A stretch of DNA of 13,700 nucleotides from Vitrella brassicaformis CCMP3155 (taxonomy: Eukaryota > Protista > Chromerida): assembly GCA_001179505.1 (NCBI GenBank), contig CDMY01000876.1, forward strand, positions 1-13,700, written 5' to 3'. Below the pieces are notes generated by a model that was not told where the DNA came from, made no database searches, and saw only the letters and a list, made by a program, of their open reading frames with translations. The first letter of the stretch is position 1; every line of letters starts with the position of its first letter. Positions 9,642 through 13,700 of this stretch are shown in pieces. The translations under genes and the position numbers were made by a program.

Positions 9642-9941
9642 NNNNNNNNNNNNNNNNNNNNNNNNNNNNNNNNNNNNNNNNNNNNNNNNNNNNNNNNNNN
9701 NNNNNNNNNNNNNNNNNNNNNNNNNNNNNNNNNNNNNNNNNNNNNNNNNNNNNNNNNNNNNNNNNNNNNNNNNNNNNNNNNNNNNNNNNNNNNNNNNNNN
9801 NNNNNNNNNNNNNNNNNNNNNNNNNNNNNNNNNNNNNNNNNNNNNNNNNNNNNNNNNNNNNNNNNNNNNNNNNNNNNNNNNNNNNNNNNNNNNNNNNNNN
9901 NNNNNNNNNNNNNNNNNNNNNNNNNNNNNNNNNNNNNNNNN
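9642..9941. other. Assembly gap (300 N)
   Basis: Run of N. Confidence 0.99.
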
Positions 9942-9943
9942 GG

Positions 9944-10452
9944 CCAGCCACCCAACACCCACACATCCCAGTGGCCGGCCACGATTCTCCTCCCTAGCCG
10001 CCACCTCCACAACTGGGGGATGGGAGAAATGGGGCATCTCGCTCCTTCTCGGTGTGAGGTAGTGCCAGGACAGCGAGAAGAACCACAGTCAGTCACTTCA
10101 ATACTGGCGGCTCATCGTCTGGCCGGCAGGCAGCACAATGCCGCGAGTGACTGACGTCAGTGCCGAACGAAGTCAGCAGGTTGCGGACCATGATCAGTAG
10201 GGACCTCCTGCCGGCCACACGCTCGAGGAAGTCATGATACTTGGAGCCATCTACAGACGACTTGCACCACAGACAGACAGACAGACACGAGCCTTGATCT
10301 GCACTGAGTGCGCGTTTGTGTTGGTTTGTGTTGGTTTGTCTTTCGCCCATCGCATGGCCCGCTGCCGCTGTCCGCCGGTACATGTACTTCCATGCCGATG
10401 AAGAGGCCGCCATCCACAGCGAGCAGAGGCGACTGACCTGATGATGACTCAT
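9944..10452 (-). pseudogene. TLDc pseudogene copy 2 (direct-repeat partner of 8742-9220), uninterrupted at the insertion site
   Basis: Same decayed motifs. The frame continues upstream as QVSRLCSLWMAASSSAWKYMYR. The 3' part runs into the gap. Confidence 0.65.
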
Positions 10453-10547
10453 TCATTTCGCCCGCTCACCTACAGGCTTCTGTTTCCGCCTCATAATCAC
10501 TGAGCCTAAACCAGCAGGGAAGCGCGGGAGTTTCATTGTGGGGGCAG

Positions 10548-10579
10548 TGCGAGCTGAAGGACGAGATTGCAGGAGCTGC
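10548..10579 (+). promoter_or_regulatory. Conserved NOT1-like leader motif (copy B)
   Basis: 32/32 identical to 6205-6236. Confidence 0.55.
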
Positions 10580-10704
10580 AAAGCGCGGTGCGCGCGCAGG
10601 ACGGCAGCAGCACCAGCGGCTGCAGCAGCAGTAGCAGCAGTAGCAGCAGCAACAGCGACTCGAGAACAGCGACGGCCAACAGCGAGGAGCAGCAGGAGCG
10701 GGAG

Positions 10705-11275
10705 ATGGAGCTGCTGGGCCAGCTCAGCCCCGAGGAGCAGGCCGCTATCTACGGGAAGGAGCGCGAGGTCAACAAAGGCGACGCTGCAGTGAGATGGATG
10801 TGCGCAAATGACATACACGTGCATCCCCACACTGACACCCTGGTCTGGTCTCCCCCTGTCTGTCGGTCTTGTCAGCTGGATGCGAGGCTCGCCAGCCGCA
10901 CCCAGGAGCTGACTCTGCAGTACCAGGGCGTGGCCAACACCGAGGTGGGTGGGAGGGTGGGCTGAGTGTCACATAGACAGATGCGGGCAAGGGTGGACGG
11001 CCTCACTGGCTCACTCGTGAGTACATCTGTGTGTGTGTGTGTGCGTGTGTGTGTGCAGGAGGAGGATGGGGAGGAGGACGATGGGCAGGTGCCCGAGTGG
11101 TTGGATGAGCCCCTCCCACAGCACACCTCGCTGCCGGTAGGCAAGGCACCCCACAATCAAAAGACCGACGTGTGACATACACACGTGTGTGTGTGCGTGT
11201 GTGTGTGCACATCTTGGTGGTTTCTACCAGTTGGCCACCCAGCCGCAGCAGCAGCCCCAAAGCTTCTCCCGCTAG
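10705..11275 (+). CDS. Small acidic hypothetical ORF or gene fragment, 91 aa, 4 exons (10705-10788, 10876-10944, 11059-11136, 11231-11275)
   Basis: Three phase-0 GT-AG introns with typical (GT)n acceptors give MELLGQLSPEEQAAIYGKERE...EEDGEEDDGQVPEWLDEPLP...LATQPQQQPQSFSR*. The frame is open upstream to 10558, so the start is uncertain. Confidence 0.5.
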
Positions 11276-11565
11276 TCCATCCGTCGATGCCCGTCCGCCT
11301 GTTTGTCCGCCTCGCTGTCCGTCCATCCCGTGTTGCGTGTCCGCCCACACCCCCGTGTACTCGACTGCCATGGCTGCCGACACTCCACCTGTCTGCCCAC
11401 CTTTCCGACTCTTCGACTGCTCCAACCACGCCGCCACTCCCCCATTCTTACCCTCCCTGCCCCGTCGAGCACTCAAGGCGACCCTCATGACACACCAGCA
11501 GCAGCAAGCGGCCCCCCCGCAGCTACTGGAGCGGAAGGTGTTTCAAGATGCTCTCGCGGCGGGCC

Positions 11566-12076
11566 TCCCTCGGCCAACGACTTGGCCTACAGGAAGGCGA
11601 TGGCCAACCTGGGGGACCTGCTAGGCAAGCTCCTCGCCCTGGTCGACCACCACGCCGCCGCCCCCTTCACCAGCCGCCTCCCTGGCATGCTCGAGACGGC
11701 CTGCAGGGATGGCCACCTCCTGACGCTGCTGCCCGTCGTGTGCGGCATCCTGCGGCAGCTCTCGGCCAGTGGGGTGGAAGGTGATGGCGATGTGCAGACC
11801 GCTCTGAGCATGCTCAAGGACATCGGAGACCTGCCGAACATCCGGCTGCAGCTGCAGTTCAACGTTGTCCGGCTCTTCAAGGAGCTCCAGCTCGACATCG
11901 ACAGCCTGCAGACCACAGGGCGGGTCAGCACCACGGCCATGGCGGCGTCAGAAGTAAGGCACCACCACCCGCCCACATGACGTGCCTCATGGGTGTGTCG
12001 TGTCCCTTGTGTGTGTTTCGTGTGTGTGTCGTGTGTCCTATCTATTTGTGTGTGTCAGGTCCAAGAGCAATCTTGA
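11566..12076 (+). pseudogene. 5'-truncated NOT1-MIF4G paralogue, copy B (C-terminal half; exon to 11953, intron 11954-12058, tail VQEQS*)
   Basis: 11579-11775 differs from copy C 13504-13700 at 3 of 197 nt. It lacks the MGASGS exon and the first half of the domain. First in-domain ATG is at 11600. Confidence 0.75.
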
Positions 12077-12801
12077 AGGCCGCGGCTGAGCTGAGGAGGG
12101 CAAGTGAAGACCCACACCACAGCACACTCACTACACCCACCGCTATGCCGCCACCACGTGTGTGCTGCCTGCGTGCCTGTGATCGGAGGGGAGGAGGGGT
12201 CACAACACAATGAGCTGCTGCTGCTGCTGCTGATCTGCCTACCATCACCATATACCATATCATCACACCACTACACTGACTGCACCCACTACTATCTGAC
12301 GATGAGCGGGCGAGCGACAGAGAGCGAGGGGGTGCGGTGCAATGGACTGGCTGACCGTCGGCGACATGTCACGGGTGGTCTGCTGCGACTGACCATCCCA
12401 CCACAACACACACAACACACAACCTTTTGGTGCCACTGGGCGCCACCACGTGACTTGACTATCGTGGCCCACAGCCAGAGAGGTAGAGAGACAGACAGGT
12501 CATCGATGGGTGTGTTTATGGGGGGTTGTGTGTGTGGATGGGTCGGTTGGCTGGGCTGCAATTCACTCATTACCTTTTTGTCGATGGATGCTTGCCGCCT
12601 AGGATCTCCGAGTCGTGACAGCCACCGACACGGCCGTGGCTTCGAGGCGACAGATTGCATTGGCGAGGGTGGGTGTGGCGTTCAGTGTTTTGATGGGTGG
12701 CAGAGTTGGCTGGTCCTTTTTTGTGGGTGTGTGGTTCTGTACAGAAGGTTCTGTAGACGTCATGGAATCTAGGGGCATCTAGTGAGCGATAGATCCCAAG
12801 G

Positions 12802-12829
12802 TGCGAGCTGAAGGACGAGCTTACAGGAG
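12802..12829 (+). promoter_or_regulatory. Conserved NOT1-like leader motif (copy C)
   Basis: 26/28 match to the copy A/B motif. Confidence 0.5.
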
Positions 12830-12911
12830 GGAGCCGAAAGGCGAAGAAGAGGAGACGGCAGCAGCAGTAGTAGCAGCAGCAGCACCAGCAGCAGCAGCAA
12901 CAGCGACGACC

Positions 12912-13700
12912 ATTGGCGCCTCTGGCAGCAAGAACCAGGAGCTGACGGCCGAGAGCCACCCGCACCGCCTCCTCCAGGACTTCTACGACGAGTGCATCAG
13001 CAGGAAGGCCTCCGCCCCGGCCTTCTGCTGCCCTTTCAGCTGCTGTGGCAGCCCCGCGCTCGTTGAGAAGGCGCCGCTCGACAATTTCAAGACCTTCCTA
13101 TTCGCCCTCAGCAACGCCCCGGGCTGCGCCACCTGCAAGGTACGTTCGTGTGCGCAGAGCAAAGAGCAGCAACTTGAAGGGAATGAACTCGCCGTCTGGC
13201 ATCATGTCTGTCTGTCTGTCTGTCATGTGTTGGTTTGCTGTGTGTGCGTGTCGTGTTGCCTGGCTGCAGGGCAGGGAGGCTGCTCATCTGGTGACGGAGG
13301 ACAACATCAGCCACCTGGCCTTCATGGTGGTCGAGAGGGCGGCGACGGCCGAGAGGGACGAGGACCGCAGCACCCTCGCCACATTCATCGCCGCCATCGA
13401 CACCCTCCAGCCCGTCCCATTCGCCACCCTCAAGAGCAGCCGCGTGGTGATGGCCGCCATCGACCACCTGTCCGCCTACGCCACCAGCAGCCCCACCGCC
13501 GAGGACTTGGCCTACAGGAAGGCCATGGCCAACCTGGGGGACCTGCTAGGCAAGCTCCTCGCCCTGGTCGACCACCACGCCGCCGCCCCCTTCACCAGCC
13601 GCCTCCCTGGCATGCTCGAGAGGGCCTGCAGGGACGGCCACCTCCTGACGCTGCTGCCCGTCGTGTGCGGCATCCTGCGGCAGCTCTCGGCCAGTGGGGT
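12912..13700 (+). pseudogene. NOT1-MIF4G paralogue, copy C, with the start codon read as ATT; exon 12912-13139, intron 13140-13269, exon 13270 to the window end
   Basis: cagcgacgaccATTggcgcctctggcagcaag versus copy A cagcgacgaccATGggcgcctctggcagcaag. The spliced frame is otherwise open with no stops. The intron is homologous to copy A's in position and sequence. An upstream in-frame TGA lies at 12783 with no ATG in between. Confidence 0.7.

Noticed and set aside
9584-10154. ORFs spanning the second N gap
   Set aside because: Mostly X; not real coding evidence.
12104-12772. 222-aa ORF between copies B and C
   Set aside because: Composition driven by microsatellite-like tracts, no coherent motifs or splice structure; treated as intergenic.

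Overview
Eukaryotic, GC-rich, intron-dense genomic DNA. Introns are mostly ~60-130 nt with (GT)n/(CA)n tracts; the style is consistent with a chromerid alveolate such as Vitrella, which is an inference. Left half: three spliced genes, namely a hypothetical 177-aa protein (+), mitochondrial ribosomal protein uL15m (-) and an MGCSSS-starting acylated hypothetical protein (+). They sit between two inward-facing inverted copies of a ~130-bp element. Right half: a cluster of three paralogues of a small protein made of an N-myristoylation signal, a His/Cys-rich linker and a stand-alone CNOT1 (NOT1) CAF1/DDX6-binding MIF4G domain. One copy is intact, one is chimeric and 5'-truncated, and one has ATG changed to ATT. 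They are interleaved with decayed TLDc-domain gene relics; one relic is duplicated and interrupted by a CACTA-like repeat-rich insertion. There are two 300-N assembly gaps. All gene models and homologies were derived by eye, without searches.
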